Position numbers and translations under genes: made by a program
Notes under the pieces: model-generated
The model's input: only the letters and a program-made list of their open reading frames with translations
Database searches by the model: none
What the model was told of the DNA's origin: nothing
In this document: piece after piece, positions 19,445 through 27,374 of the stretch
Layout of the letters: the number at the start of each line of letters is the position of its first letter
How positions within the stretch are numbered: the stretch's first letter is position 1
DNA from: Eubacteriales bacterium
Lineage (GTDB): Bacteria > Bacillota > Clostridia > Oscillospirales > CAG-272
Length of the DNA stretch: 64,000 nucleotides
Reading direction: 5' to 3'
Assembly (NCBI GenBank): GCA_045651985.1
Contig: JAZRTK010000016.1
Location: 341-64,340, forward strand

Positions 19445-19490
19445 AAAATGAAAAGGCTTTAGAGTGTCACGCTAAAGGATAGTTTCAGAA

Positions 19491-19530
19491 ATACGGTGTA
19501 TCGCGAGAGCGGTATGCCGTATTTTTCTGT
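19491..19530 (+). terminator. Rho-independent terminator after the CPBP gene
   Basis: 14-bp stem (ATACGGTGTATCGC / GCGGTATGCCGTAT) with a GAGA loop, then TTTTCTGTTTT. Confidence 0.75.
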
Positions 19531-19558
19531 TTTCCGAGAGATAATTTCATCAAATATA

Positions 19559-19587
19559 TTTACAAACCGTAAAAATTGTGGTACAAT
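19559..19587 (+). promoter_or_regulatory. Sigma-A-type promoter with extended -10
   Basis: TTTACA, 17 nt, TGgTACAAT. Predicted transcription start is near 19594. Confidence 0.55.
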
Positions 19588-19591
19588 AAAT

Positions 19592-19784
19592 CTGCGACGC
19601 AAACTGAATAATACAACACTACCAAGGTTAACATTGGGATAAGTATACTTTTTTTCCTTTTGGCAAAAATGTATGCTCCCTTTTTGTATGCTTTCCGTGT
19701 TATATGGTGGTGTAAAAAAGTTTGCGTCGCAGCTTGGAGCTACGTTTTTCGGTGCGTGGCTTCGGCTGCGCACTTTTTTATTTT
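19592..19784 (+). promoter_or_regulatory. Structured 5' leader, an unclassified riboswitch/attenuator-like element
   Basis: P1: CTGCGACGCAAACT (19592-19605) pairs perfectly with AGTTTGCGTCGCAG (19719-19732). Nested helix: ACACTACCA (19616-19624) / TGGTGGTGT (19705-19713). A terminator follows at 19752-19784. I recognised no known riboswitch consensus. Confidence 0.4.
19752..19784 (+). terminator. Intrinsic terminator (UUCG tetraloop) inside the leader, just upstream of the small ORF's RBS
   Basis: GTGCGTGGC-TTCG-GCTGCGCAC followed by TTTTTTATTTT. Confidence 0.7.
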
Positions 19785-19799
19785 GACAGGAGAAAAAAG

Positions 19800-19979
19800 A
19801 TGAGTAATGATGAAATTCCAAAAAAAGTAATTGACGTTACCGGTGTTGAGCTTACACCGGGAGAGCCTACCGTTTGTCTTGGCAACGGAGAACAGGGATT
19901 TGAATGTTGCTGCGACGAATGTAACTACCTTTTGCTGTGTTATCCCGAATTTGATACGAGAAAGGAAAAACAAGGCTGA
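19800..19979 (+). CDS. Small cysteine-rich protein (59 aa), unknown function
   Basis: AGGAG lies 7 nt before ATG 19800. Six Cys fall in the C-terminal half (CLGNGEQGFECCCDECNYLLLCY). I recognised no family. Confidence 0.5.
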   Translation: MSNDEIPKKVIDVTGVELTPGEPTVCLGNGEQGFECCCDECNYLLLCYPEFDTRKEKQG

Positions 19980-19994
19980 GGGCAAAATTAAATT

Positions 19995-20033
19995 AAAAAA
20001 GAACAGGGAACTTTAAGTTCTCTGTTCTTTTGC
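19995..20033. terminator. Bidirectional terminator between the small ORF and spo0A
   Basis: AAAAA-AGAACAGGGAAC-tttaa-GTTCTCTGTTCT-TTTG. Confidence 0.75.
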
Positions 20034-20035
20034 TT

Positions 20036-20833
20036 TTATCTGTACATCTTGTATCGTAGTCTCAGATTGTCCGCTATCATGGCAATAAATTCGGAGTTTG
20101 TGGGCTTTCCGCGGTTGTTTTGAATGGTGTATCCAAAGTAAGAGTTGAGAGTATCCACATCGCCTCTGTCCCATGCGACCTCGATAGCGTGGCGAATGGC
20201 TCGCTCAACGCGGGAAGTGGTGGTCGAATATTTTTTTGCCACGGAGGGGTAGAGTATCTTTGTTACCGAGTTTATAATGTCGCTGTCGCTGACTGTCAGC
20301 AGAATGGCGGTGCGGAGATACTGATATACCTTTATGTGGGCGGGGACGCCTATTTGGTGGATTATTTGGGTTACCTGCGCTTCCATATCAGATGTGTCGG
20401 GGGAGGGCTTTTCCGTGGCGGAATTTGATTTTCTGCGGGAGGTACAGATGCTGTCCAGATGGCGCAGAAGACTTTCCGTGTCAAAAGGACGGAGCAGACA
20501 AAGCTCGGCACCTGCCGACGATGCTTCAATGAAAATATTCTGGTTTGAAACGGCAGAGAGGATAACAAAGGAGGTGGGCTTGTCCTGACCGAAATCAAGG
20601 GCGGCGGAGTTGCGAAGCACGCCGATCCCGTCGATCTTTGAAAGCCATACGTCAACCAAAGCTACGTCGGGGTGGGTTCTTCCTATTTTTATGAGTGCTT
20701 CTTCGCCGTTTACCGCTTCCTCTATGTTGCGAAAGCCCGCACGGCGAAGCAGGTCGCATATCTGTGTGCGGGATCTTGCGTCCTCGTCCGCCACGAGTAT
20801 TTTTGCATTTTTTGTTTCTGGTCTGAGTTCCAT
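20036..20833 (-). CDS. spo0A: Sporulation master regulator Spo0A
   Basis: Receiver domain plus the diagnostic Spo0A C-domain ([16 protein letters not shown]...[19 protein letters not shown]...[18 protein letters not shown]). Confidence 0.93.
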   Translation of the reverse strand: MELRPETKNAKILVADEDARSRTQICDLLRRAGFRNIEEAVNGEEALIKIGRTHPDVALVDVWLSKIDGIGVLRNSAALDFGQDKPTSFVILSAVSNQNIFIEASSAGAELCLLRPFDTESLLRHLDSICTSRRKSNSATEKPSPDTSDMEAQVTQIIHQIGVPAHIKVYQYLRTAILLTVSDSDIINSVTKILYPSVAKKYSTTTSRVERAIRHAIEVAWDRGDVDTLNSYFGYTIQNNRGKPTNSEFIAMIADNLRLRYKMYR

Positions 20834-20891
20834 TTTTACTCCATTCTGCCGTCCTTGCGGCGTTTTTTGCGTTATTTTTTATTGCATCTAC

Positions 20892-20920
20892 ATTTTACCA
20901 TATTATGGAAATTATTGCAA
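20892..20920 (-). promoter_or_regulatory. Putative sigma-A promoter of spo0A
   Basis: Minus strand: TTGCAA, 17 nt, TAAAAT. Confidence 0.45.
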
Positions 20921-20954
20921 GACATTTTCCAAAATTTTCCAACCTAAAAGTAGA

Positions 20955-20992
20955 CAAAAATAATTGGTAAAAACTGTAAGTTTTTACCAATT
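20955..20992 (-). terminator. Terminator-like perfect hairpin downstream of gene 21100-21516
   Basis: AATTGGTAAAAACT-gta-AGTTTTTACCAATT (14-bp perfect arms), followed on the minus strand by ATTTTTG. Confidence 0.55.
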
Positions 20993-21099
20993 GTGCTGTA
21001 TATAGTATGTAATAGGACATAAAAGACCTATATTTTGTGTTTTTCGACCTTTGAAGTCGCATGACGAAGAAGGGTGTCGCGCCCTTTCTGATTTGGTAA

Positions 21100-21516
21100 T
21101 TATTTGTCGGAAAAATCGGGAGTTTTCATGGGATGGTGCTTGCATGGGGCGGTAAAAAAATCGGTAAGATCAACGAAATATTTTCCGTCCCTGTCAAGTT
21201 CAAAGCCAATGGACTTTATAATGTCCTCATCCTTGAAATCGGGGTCTTCAAAGTATGCACAGTGAACGCCCGACAGGTCGATAAAGTTGAGAGACGCGCG
21301 TCCCAAAAGGAACAGTACCTCAAAATCTTTTTCGCCGATGCAGGCGATGGAGCGGATAACTCCGCCCTTTTCGGTCATGGCAAATTGACAGATCCCGCGC
21401 AGCTTGTCGTCAACTGTTGCGGCGTAAGCCAGGGTGCGCACGTCAAATTTAATACCGCATAGGCGGCAGATATTTTCCTGTTCTTCCTTTGTCTGAATGG
21501 GTAAAACCTTTATCAT
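21100..21516 (-). CDS. Hypothetical protein (138 aa)
   Basis: Clean ORF with coding-like composition, co-directional with rluB. No motif I can name. Confidence 0.55.
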   Translation of the reverse strand: MIKVLPIQTKEEQENICRLCGIKFDVRTLAYAATVDDKLRGICQFAMTEKGGVIRSIACIGEKDFEVLFLLGRASLNFIDLSGVHCAYFEDPDFKDEDIIKSIGFELDRDGKYFVDLTDFFTAPCKHHPMKTPDFSDK

Positions 21517-21549
21517 ATCAAAAACCTTCCATTTTATATATACGGATTC

Positions 21550-22266
21550 TCAGCCCTCTTTTTTTAGGTATTCCACCTCGTTTTCGGTGAGATGACGCCA
21601 TTTTCCCGCGGGGAGATCGCCAAGCTTCAGTTCTCCTATCGCCACTCTGGTAAGGCGAGAGATTTTAAGTCCTGCCGCTTCACACATGCGGCGGATCTGG
21701 CGGTTCCGCCCCTCAAAAAGGGTCATTTCAAGCATCGCACCCTCGTTCAGTGAGACAATTTCGGTCTTTACGGGCTGAATTCGGTAACCATCAAGGACAA
21801 GAGGTGAGCGGAGGATCGCAAGCTGTTCCTCGGTTGGCACCTTCGTCACGTTTACCCAATAAATTTTGGGAATATTGTGGCGCGGGTGGGTGAGCCTGTT
21901 TGCAAGCTCTCCGTCGTCGGTGAGCAGGAGCAGACCGTCCGAGTTCATGTCCAGCCGTCCAACGGGGTAGACCCGTTTTCCCAGAGCTGACACAAGCTCC
22001 ACTACGTTTTTTCTGCCCTTTTCGTCGTCGGCGGTAGTCACGCAGCCTACGGGCTTGTTCAGCATTATGTAGGTGAATTCGCCCTTTCGGTAAGAGATCA
22101 CCTTGCCCTTGTACTCGACCACGTCAAGCTCGGGATCGACTTTGTCGCCCACCTGTGCGGTGATTCCGTTTACCCGCACGCGACCGCCGGCAATTTCTTT
22201 TTCTGCGGCACGGCGGGACATTATTCCCGCGTCCGTAAAGAATTTCTGAAGTCTGATTTTTTCCAT
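21550..22266 (-). CDS. rluB: 23S rRNA pseudouridine synthase, RsuA/RluB family
   Basis: S4 domain N-terminus and catalytic GRLDMNSDGLLLLTDDG motif. Confidence 0.9.
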   Translation of the reverse strand: MEKIRLQKFFTDAGIMSRRAAEKEIAGGRVRVNGITAQVGDKVDPELDVVEYKGKVISYRKGEFTYIMLNKPVGCVTTADDEKGRKNVVELVSALGKRVYPVGRLDMNSDGLLLLTDDGELANRLTHPRHNIPKIYWVNVTKVPTEEQLAILRSPLVLDGYRIQPVKTEIVSLNEGAMLEMTLFEGRNRQIRRMCEAAGLKISRLTRVAIGELKLGDLPAGKWRHLTENEVEYLKKEG

Positions 22267-22280
22267 TTCCTATATGTGGT

Positions 22281-23414
22281 TCAGGAGAATATTCCCGTGA
22301 TAAAATCCCACACCTTCTGCCAAAAATTTTTCTTGTATTTTATCTGTTCTATGTCGTAGCCCGCCTTGATGTCTGTCTCGCCGATAACCTTGCCGTCGCA
22401 TATGTAGCTGACGTGTCCGACGATATCTCCCGCGTTAACGGGCGCGTAGACCATTGAAGGAAGCTGAATATCGGCTTTTATCTCCCCGTGATCCCTGGGT
22501 AAAGTCGCCGCAACGTAATCACAGTTTACGCAGAGCAGGGAATCTTGCACGCCGCCTACAACGGGCAAAGTTTCAATAAAACCGCCCTCGTCGCAAAGAA
22601 TTTCGCAACAGTAATTTTCATAGCCGTAATCCAGCAGAGCCGTATGGTCCCGCCAATCGTCGGGGGCTGAAAGTGTCACGGCAACGAGAGTAAGCGATTC
22701 ACGGCACGCGGCACTCACGAGGCACCTGCCGCTTTTCTTTGTAAAGCCCGTTTTTACGCCCACGCAGCCGTCGTACATATTCAGAAGCTTGTTGTGGTTG
22801 ACCACAAGCCGAACGCCGCCATCGGGGCCCGATATCTTCCTTTTGTAGGTGGAAACTATCTCTGCAAATGTCGGATTTTTCAGCGCTTCTGCAGTCAGGA
22901 TCGCAAGCTCTCGGGCAGTCGTTACGTGCCCCTGGGCATCAAGTCCGTTGGGGTTTTCAAAGTGTGTCGATGTGAGACCAAGCTCGAGTGCCTTTTCATT
23001 CATCATGGACGCAAAATTTACCACGCTTCCGCCAACGCCAACGGCTATTGCCACCGCGGCATCGTTGGCACTTTGAAGCAACAGCGCGTAAAGAAGCTCA
23101 AGGAGTGTCATGCGCTCGCCCTTTTGCAGATAGATAGACGAGCCTTCAACGCCCACAGCCTCGTCGGGTATGTCAATAATTTCGTTTACGTCGCAGTTTT
23201 CAAGAGCCACAAGCGCCGTCATAATCTTCGTTGTGCTCGCCATTGGACGCTGTGTATCCGCGTCCTTTTCATACAGGATTTTCCCGTCCCGTGCGTCCAT
23301 AAGAATAGCGCTATGCGCGGACAGGGAAAGGGCCTGCGTGGGCAGGACAAGAACAAACAGCAGCGTCAAAAGCAACGATATCGTGCGTAAAAATCTAAAA
23401 TTTCTCAAAGGCAC
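22281..23414 (-). CDS. dacB: D-alanyl-D-alanine carboxypeptidase (PBP5/DacB-type, S11)
   Basis: SxxK (ASTTK), SxN (SAND) and KTG (VKTGFT) motifs, plus a signal peptide. Confidence 0.88.
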   Translation of the reverse strand: MPLRNFRFLRTISLLLTLLFVLVLPTQALSLSAHSAILMDARDGKILYEKDADTQRPMASTTKIMTALVALENCDVNEIIDIPDEAVGVEGSSIYLQKGERMTLLELLYALLLQSANDAAVAIAVGVGGSVVNFASMMNEKALELGLTSTHFENPNGLDAQGHVTTARELAILTAEALKNPTFAEIVSTYKRKISGPDGGVRLVVNHNKLLNMYDGCVGVKTGFTKKSGRCLVSAACRESLTLVAVTLSAPDDWRDHTALLDYGYENYCCEILCDEGGFIETLPVVGGVQDSLLCVNCDYVAATLPRDHGEIKADIQLPSMVYAPVNAGDIVGHVSYICDGKVIGETDIKAGYDIEQIKYKKNFWQKVWDFITGIFS

Positions 23415-23463
23415 AAAACCCCCAATCGTAATTGGTAAATTTTATGCCTTGAAGAGGAATTTA

Positions 23464-23865
23464 TTACTTGTTTTTCTTGAATACGGCTTTGAATTTTTCA
23501 ATGAGGTCGGGAGTGCGCTCAAGCAGGTCTCCGATCTGGTCAAGACCCGATGCGGACGCGCCCTCAAGAGTTATCATGCCTACCTCTCCGAACTTATCGA
23601 CCGTAAGGAAGCCCACGGGAGAGATGCTGAGACCCGTTCCGCCTCCGCCACCGAAGTTCTGAGGACGGGAGGTCTTTGAGTCGGTCTCACGGCTGTTGTA
23701 GTCAACACCGCCCGAGGCAAATCCCATGGAGATCTTTGAAATGGGGATTATGGTCGTTCCGCTTTCGGTGTTTATGGGAGAGCCGATGACCGTGTTTGCA
23801 TCGACCATTGAACGGAGACTTTCAAGGGAAGTAGCTATTACTTCGGAAATTTTTGATTCAGCCAT
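23464..23865 (-). CDS. ytfJ: Sporulation protein YtfJ (GerW family)
   Basis: Typical YtfJ sequence (VIGSPI...TIIPISKISMGFASGG...GGGGGTG). Confidence 0.88.
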   Translation of the reverse strand: MAESKISEVIATSLESLRSMVDANTVIGSPINTESGTTIIPISKISMGFASGGVDYNSRETDSKTSRPQNFGGGGGTGLSISPVGFLTVDKFGEVGMITLEGASASGLDQIGDLLERTPDLIEKFKAVFKKNK

Positions 23866-24535
23866 TTTTATCAGTTCCTTTCACGCGGTTTTTGTTTGTA
23901 TTGGCTTTATTTTTTATAAATTCGAAGACAGCGCCGATAAGTATATCAAGCGCCTGCCATACGGTCAGGGAAAAGGATATGTCGATATCCGCCTGTGTTT
24001 TGCCCGACAAAAAGTCGGATGTGACCGATACCTCGGTCTTTTTCGTTTTTTTGACATTCGTTACCCGATCAAGCACTTCGCAAAGATAGGCTACGCCTTG
24101 ACAGACCGCACCGTAAAGAATGGCAGTCTTTGCCGCGTCGGGAGTTCCGACGACAATGCGTATCCTTGCAACGTCTATCTGCAGATGTCGGAAGAACTTT
24201 GAGATTATCTTTTTTGCAAGCGTTGTGATCGTTGACACTGTTTCGGAAAGCGGCGCTTTTTCTTTTTCGGATTCCTGCGGTTTCTTCCTTTTTGCTTCTT
24301 TGAGCGCTTGCTTGTCCTTTTTTCTTTGCGCTCGGCGAAGACCGCGTGGGGTGTAGTCCGAAAGCCGTATCTTTTGTTTTTTTTGCTTTGCGGGGTAAAG
24401 CTTTATGGGGATTCCCAGTATCCGTAAAAGCAGCTTTGTGTCGCCACCGTCGGATATGACCGAAATTTTTACTCGCAGAAAAAGGACAAGGACGAGAAAA
24501 AGGAGTATTCCCAAAATTATCTTCAATGCAAGCAT
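23858..24535 (-). CDS. ytfI: DUF2953-type sporulation membrane protein (YtfI-like)
   Basis: N-terminal TM helix, a lysine-rich linker, and a position immediately upstream of ytfJ. Confidence 0.7.
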   Translation of the reverse strand: MLALKIILGILLFLVLVLFLRVKISVISDGGDTKLLLRILGIPIKLYPAKQKKQKIRLSDYTPRGLRRAQRKKDKQALKEAKRKKPQESEKEKAPLSETVSTITTLAKKIISKFFRHLQIDVARIRIVVGTPDAAKTAILYGAVCQGVAYLCEVLDRVTNVKKTKKTEVSVTSDFLSGKTQADIDISFSLTVWQALDILIGAVFEFIKNKANTNKNRVKGTDKNG

Positions 24536-24583
24536 GGATAATAGATCTCCTCCTCTCGCTTATTTTGACCCTTTTCAGTAAAA

Positions 24584-25225
24584 TTATTCCTCAGCGGGGA
24601 TTTCCTCCTGGGGTACGGGCTCGGGCTGTACTATATCGAGGGAAAGCTGTTCGCTCACTGCCACCTCGCCAGACGCTTCGCCCTCGACCTTGATTGGTTC
24701 GACCTCGGGAAGCTCTGATACGGAATTGATTCCGAAAACGCGCAGGAAATTGTCCGTCGTTCCGTAGAGCATAGGTCTGCCGGGAGCGTCAAGACGTCCC
24801 ACGGCTTCAATTAACTCCTTGTCGATAAGAGAATTCATGGCGTAAGCGCTGTCAACACCGCGCACCGTGTCAACGTATGAGCGGGTGACGGGCTGGTTGT
24901 AAGCCACGATAGCCAGAACCTCCATAGAGGAAGCGGAAAGATTGCCGCCTCGGCGTATGCCGAGTGCCTCGCGTATGTACGGCGCGAAAATTTCCTTTGT
25001 GCAAAACTGACAGCCGTCGTCGAACATCATAAGAGAAATTCCGCGCTTACTGTTCTCTCCGTTGTATTTTTCGCTCATGTGGGATATGAGCTGCTTTAAC
25101 TCACGTACTTGCAGTCCCAGGACCTCCGAGAGCTTTGCGTAGGATACCGAGTGGCCTGCCGCGTAGAGAATAGCTTCAATTGCGGCTTCAAGCTCGGTTA
25201 TACTGTTCTTTGGTGATTCGTCCAT
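24584..25225 (-). CDS. scpB: Segregation and condensation protein B
   Basis: ScpB winged-helix repeats (IEAILYAAG..., VAYNQPVTRSYVDTVRGV). Confidence 0.92.
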   Translation of the reverse strand: MDESPKNSITELEAAIEAILYAAGHSVSYAKLSEVLGLQVRELKQLISHMSEKYNGENSKRGISLMMFDDGCQFCTKEIFAPYIREALGIRRGGNLSASSMEVLAIVAYNQPVTRSYVDTVRGVDSAYAMNSLIDKELIEAVGRLDAPGRPMLYGTTDNFLRVFGINSVSELPEVEPIKVEGEASGEVAVSEQLSLDIVQPEPVPQEEIPAEE

Positions 25226-25239
25226 GATTACCTCTTAAA

Positions 25240-25998
25240 CTAATCTATACTTACGTTTACCGCACTGTCGTCAACGTCGGGGTTGAGAGTCAGAACGGTA
25301 TCCGCTCCGTATTCGTCTTTTCCCTCGTCCGCGATCAGCACGCGCCGTACCTTTACAAGCTCCAAAATTCCGATAAACGCTGCCACAAGGTCGGCTCTCG
25401 ACTGGGCACCCGCCAAAAGCTCGCCCAAAGTTGAAGTGGGCTTTTTGGACATCCTTTCAAGTATGCCAATTATCTTTAACTCTACCGAAACGATAGGCTT
25501 TTGAATCAGGGGGGTGAAGTGAGTCTTTTCGGCACGCTCCATGGCGGAATTGAGAGCAATAACTCTTTTTATTGCCGAGTAAAGGGTGATAGCCTCTTGA
25601 TCTGCCACGAACTTCCTGTCCGGGGATATCTCGTCGGTGTCCTTTATCATTCTGTTGCTGTAAACTGCGTAAAGGGCATTCATTTTCTGCGCTGCTTCCT
25701 TTGCCTGCTTGTAGCGGAGCAGGGCATCAGCAAGTGCTGCGCGGGGATCCTCTTCCTCGTTCTCGGGACGGGGCAGGAGAAGCTTGCTTTTGATCAGCAT
25801 AAGCTCGCTTGCCATGACGATAAATTCGGCGGCGACCTCCATGTCAAGGTGCTGTGCCTCTTTTATATATTCCATGTACTGGTCGCAAATAAGTGCGATG
25901 GGAATGTCGGCTATGCTGACCTTATTCTTGTCGATCAGCGTAAGCAGAAGGTCCAGGGGACCCTCAAAGCTGTCCAGTCGGTAGGTGATTGACTCCAT
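25240..25998 (-). CDS. scpA: Segregation and condensation protein A
   Basis: ScpA N-terminus (FEGPLDLLLTLIDKNKVSIADIPI). Confidence 0.92.
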   Translation of the reverse strand: MESITYRLDSFEGPLDLLLTLIDKNKVSIADIPIALICDQYMEYIKEAQHLDMEVAAEFIVMASELMLIKSKLLLPRPENEEEDPRAALADALLRYKQAKEAAQKMNALYAVYSNRMIKDTDEISPDRKFVADQEAITLYSAIKRVIALNSAMERAEKTHFTPLIQKPIVSVELKIIGILERMSKKPTSTLGELLAGAQSRADLVAAFIGILELVKVRRVLIADEGKDEYGADTVLTLNPDVDDSAVNVSID

Positions 25999-26021
25999 TT
26001 GGGTCTCCTTTCACCGATTTT

Positions 26022-26729
26022 TTAAAGTATTTTTCCAAAAAGCTCTGTTAATGGGTCGCAGATAAGGTCCATAAGACCGCCCGCAACAAACCCCACGGGG
26101 CTGAATCCCGCGCGGGAAAGAGCTAAAAATCCAACGATGATTATTATCATCAGGGTCTGCTCGTGTTTCATCACCTTGAAATACCATTTGCTTGGCAGCA
26201 AGAGGTAGGCAAAGCGCGAGCCGTCAAAGGGCGGAATGGGAATAAGATTGAACGCCATCAAGGCGAAGTTCATATAGGTGAAGATGTATGCTAAATTGAG
26301 CAGACACCATTTTATAATGGGCGTTTCTTGTCCCGTTATCTGCGCCATATAAATGTCAAGACTCCAAGCGGCAGAGGCGGCGGAAAAAAGCACGCAGCCG
26401 CAGAGCCCGAGTAGCAGGTTTGACACGGGTCCCGCGATAGCGGAGATTCCCATACCCCAGCGGGGATTTTTAAAATTTCTTGCTACGATCGGCACGGGCT
26501 TTGCCCACCCAAATCCGATCAATAGCATGGCAAGAGCCCCAAAGGGGTCAAGGTGTTTTATTGGATTTAGCGTAAGTCTGCCCAGGTTACGGGCGGTGGG
26601 GTCGCCCAACTTGCAGGCAACGTAGCCGTGAGCCGCCTCGTGGAAGGACAGGGAAAAAAGGATAACAGGCAGGCAGAGCAGGGCGGTTATAAGTCCCTCT
26701 CGTCCGCCACCTAAAATATTAAAAAGCAA
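26022..26729 (-). CDS. Site-2 protease family (M50) membrane metalloprotease
   Basis: HEAAHG zinc motif and multiple TM helices. Confidence 0.85.
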   Translation of the reverse strand: MLFNILGGGREGLITALLCLPVILFSLSFHEAAHGYVACKLGDPTARNLGRLTLNPIKHLDPFGALAMLLIGFGWAKPVPIVARNFKNPRWGMGISAIAGPVSNLLLGLCGCVLFSAASAAWSLDIYMAQITGQETPIIKWCLLNLAYIFTYMNFALMAFNLIPIPPFDGSRFAYLLLPSKWYFKVMKHEQTLMIIIIVGFLALSRAGFSPVGFVAGGLMDLICDPLTELFGKIL

Positions 26730-26745
26730 TTTTTGGCCTCCGAAA

Positions 26746-27354
26746 TTAAAGCTTGATATCGGTGTGGAGCGCGATCTCGCGCCAAAGCTCGGCTTTGCCC
26801 TCGCCTTTGAGGGAAGAAAAAGGAATTATGCTGACCTGAGGCGGAATAAGCTCGCTATCTCGTAACGCCGCCAGATTTTTCTTGCGTTCGGTGGCGTTGA
26901 GCTTGTCGCATTTGGTAGCAACCACCACAAAGGGAATTCCCGATTCGGCCAGAAAAGAGAGCATCATGGCGTCGTCCTTTGTAATTCCGCAACGACTGTC
27001 AATAAGCTGTACCACGAGAGACAGCAGGTCGATATTTGGGTTGTTCGTAAAATACCCGTCGGTGAGCGCCGACCAGACCTCTTTGTCTGCAAAGGTACGC
27101 TTTGCGTAGCCGTAGCCGGGAAGGTCGCAAAAGAACAGCTTCTTGTCGATCTCGTAGAAATTGATAGTTATGGTCTTTCCCGGGGCGGAGCTGACTCTCG
27201 CCAAGCTTTTGCGCGAAAGCATGGTGTTAATAAGCGAGCTTTTTCCTACGTTTGACCGTCCCGAAAAGGCGACCTGGGGAATCGGGTCACGGGGAAACTG
27301 ATTGATGCGCCCCGCGGAAATTTTCAGATTTACGTTTTGTGTGTTGAGCGCCAT
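26746..27354 (-). CDS. engB: Ribosome biogenesis GTP-binding protein YsxC/EngB
   Basis: G1 motif GRSNVGKSS, DLPGYG and TKCDK. Start moved to ATG 27354, so there is no overlap with lon. Confidence 0.92.
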   Translation of the reverse strand: MALNTQNVNLKISAGRINQFPRDPIPQVAFSGRSNVGKSSLINTMLSRKSLARVSSAPGKTITINFYEIDKKLFFCDLPGYGYAKRTFADKEVWSALTDGYFTNNPNIDLLSLVVQLIDSRCGITKDDAMMLSFLAESGIPFVVVATKCDKLNATERKKNLAALRDSELIPPQVSIIPFSSLKGEGKAELWREIALHTDIKL

Positions 27355-27374
27355 GTCGTCTCCTGTTTTTCTTT

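Noticed and set aside
19592-19732. 14-bp perfect inverted repeats as the ends of a MITE-like mobile element
   Set aside because: There is no target-site duplication at the flanks (AAT vs CTT), no second copy in the window, and no transposase. The left arm coincides with a predicted transcript 5' end, which favours an RNA helix.
19459-19821. 120-aa minus-strand ORF spanning the CPBP / small-ORF spacer
   Set aside because: It has no RBS and a low-complexity, implausible sequence. It runs through a plus-strand promoter, helices and terminator that explain the region better.
21043-21068. Spo0A 0A-box-like heptamers (TGACGAA at 21062-21068; TTCGACC at 21043-21049) upstream of spo0A
   Set aside because: They lie upstream of the terminator hairpin at 20962-20992, between the neighbouring gene's stop and its terminator. 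One of the two has a mismatch. Chance occurrence of a degenerate 7-mer is likely.
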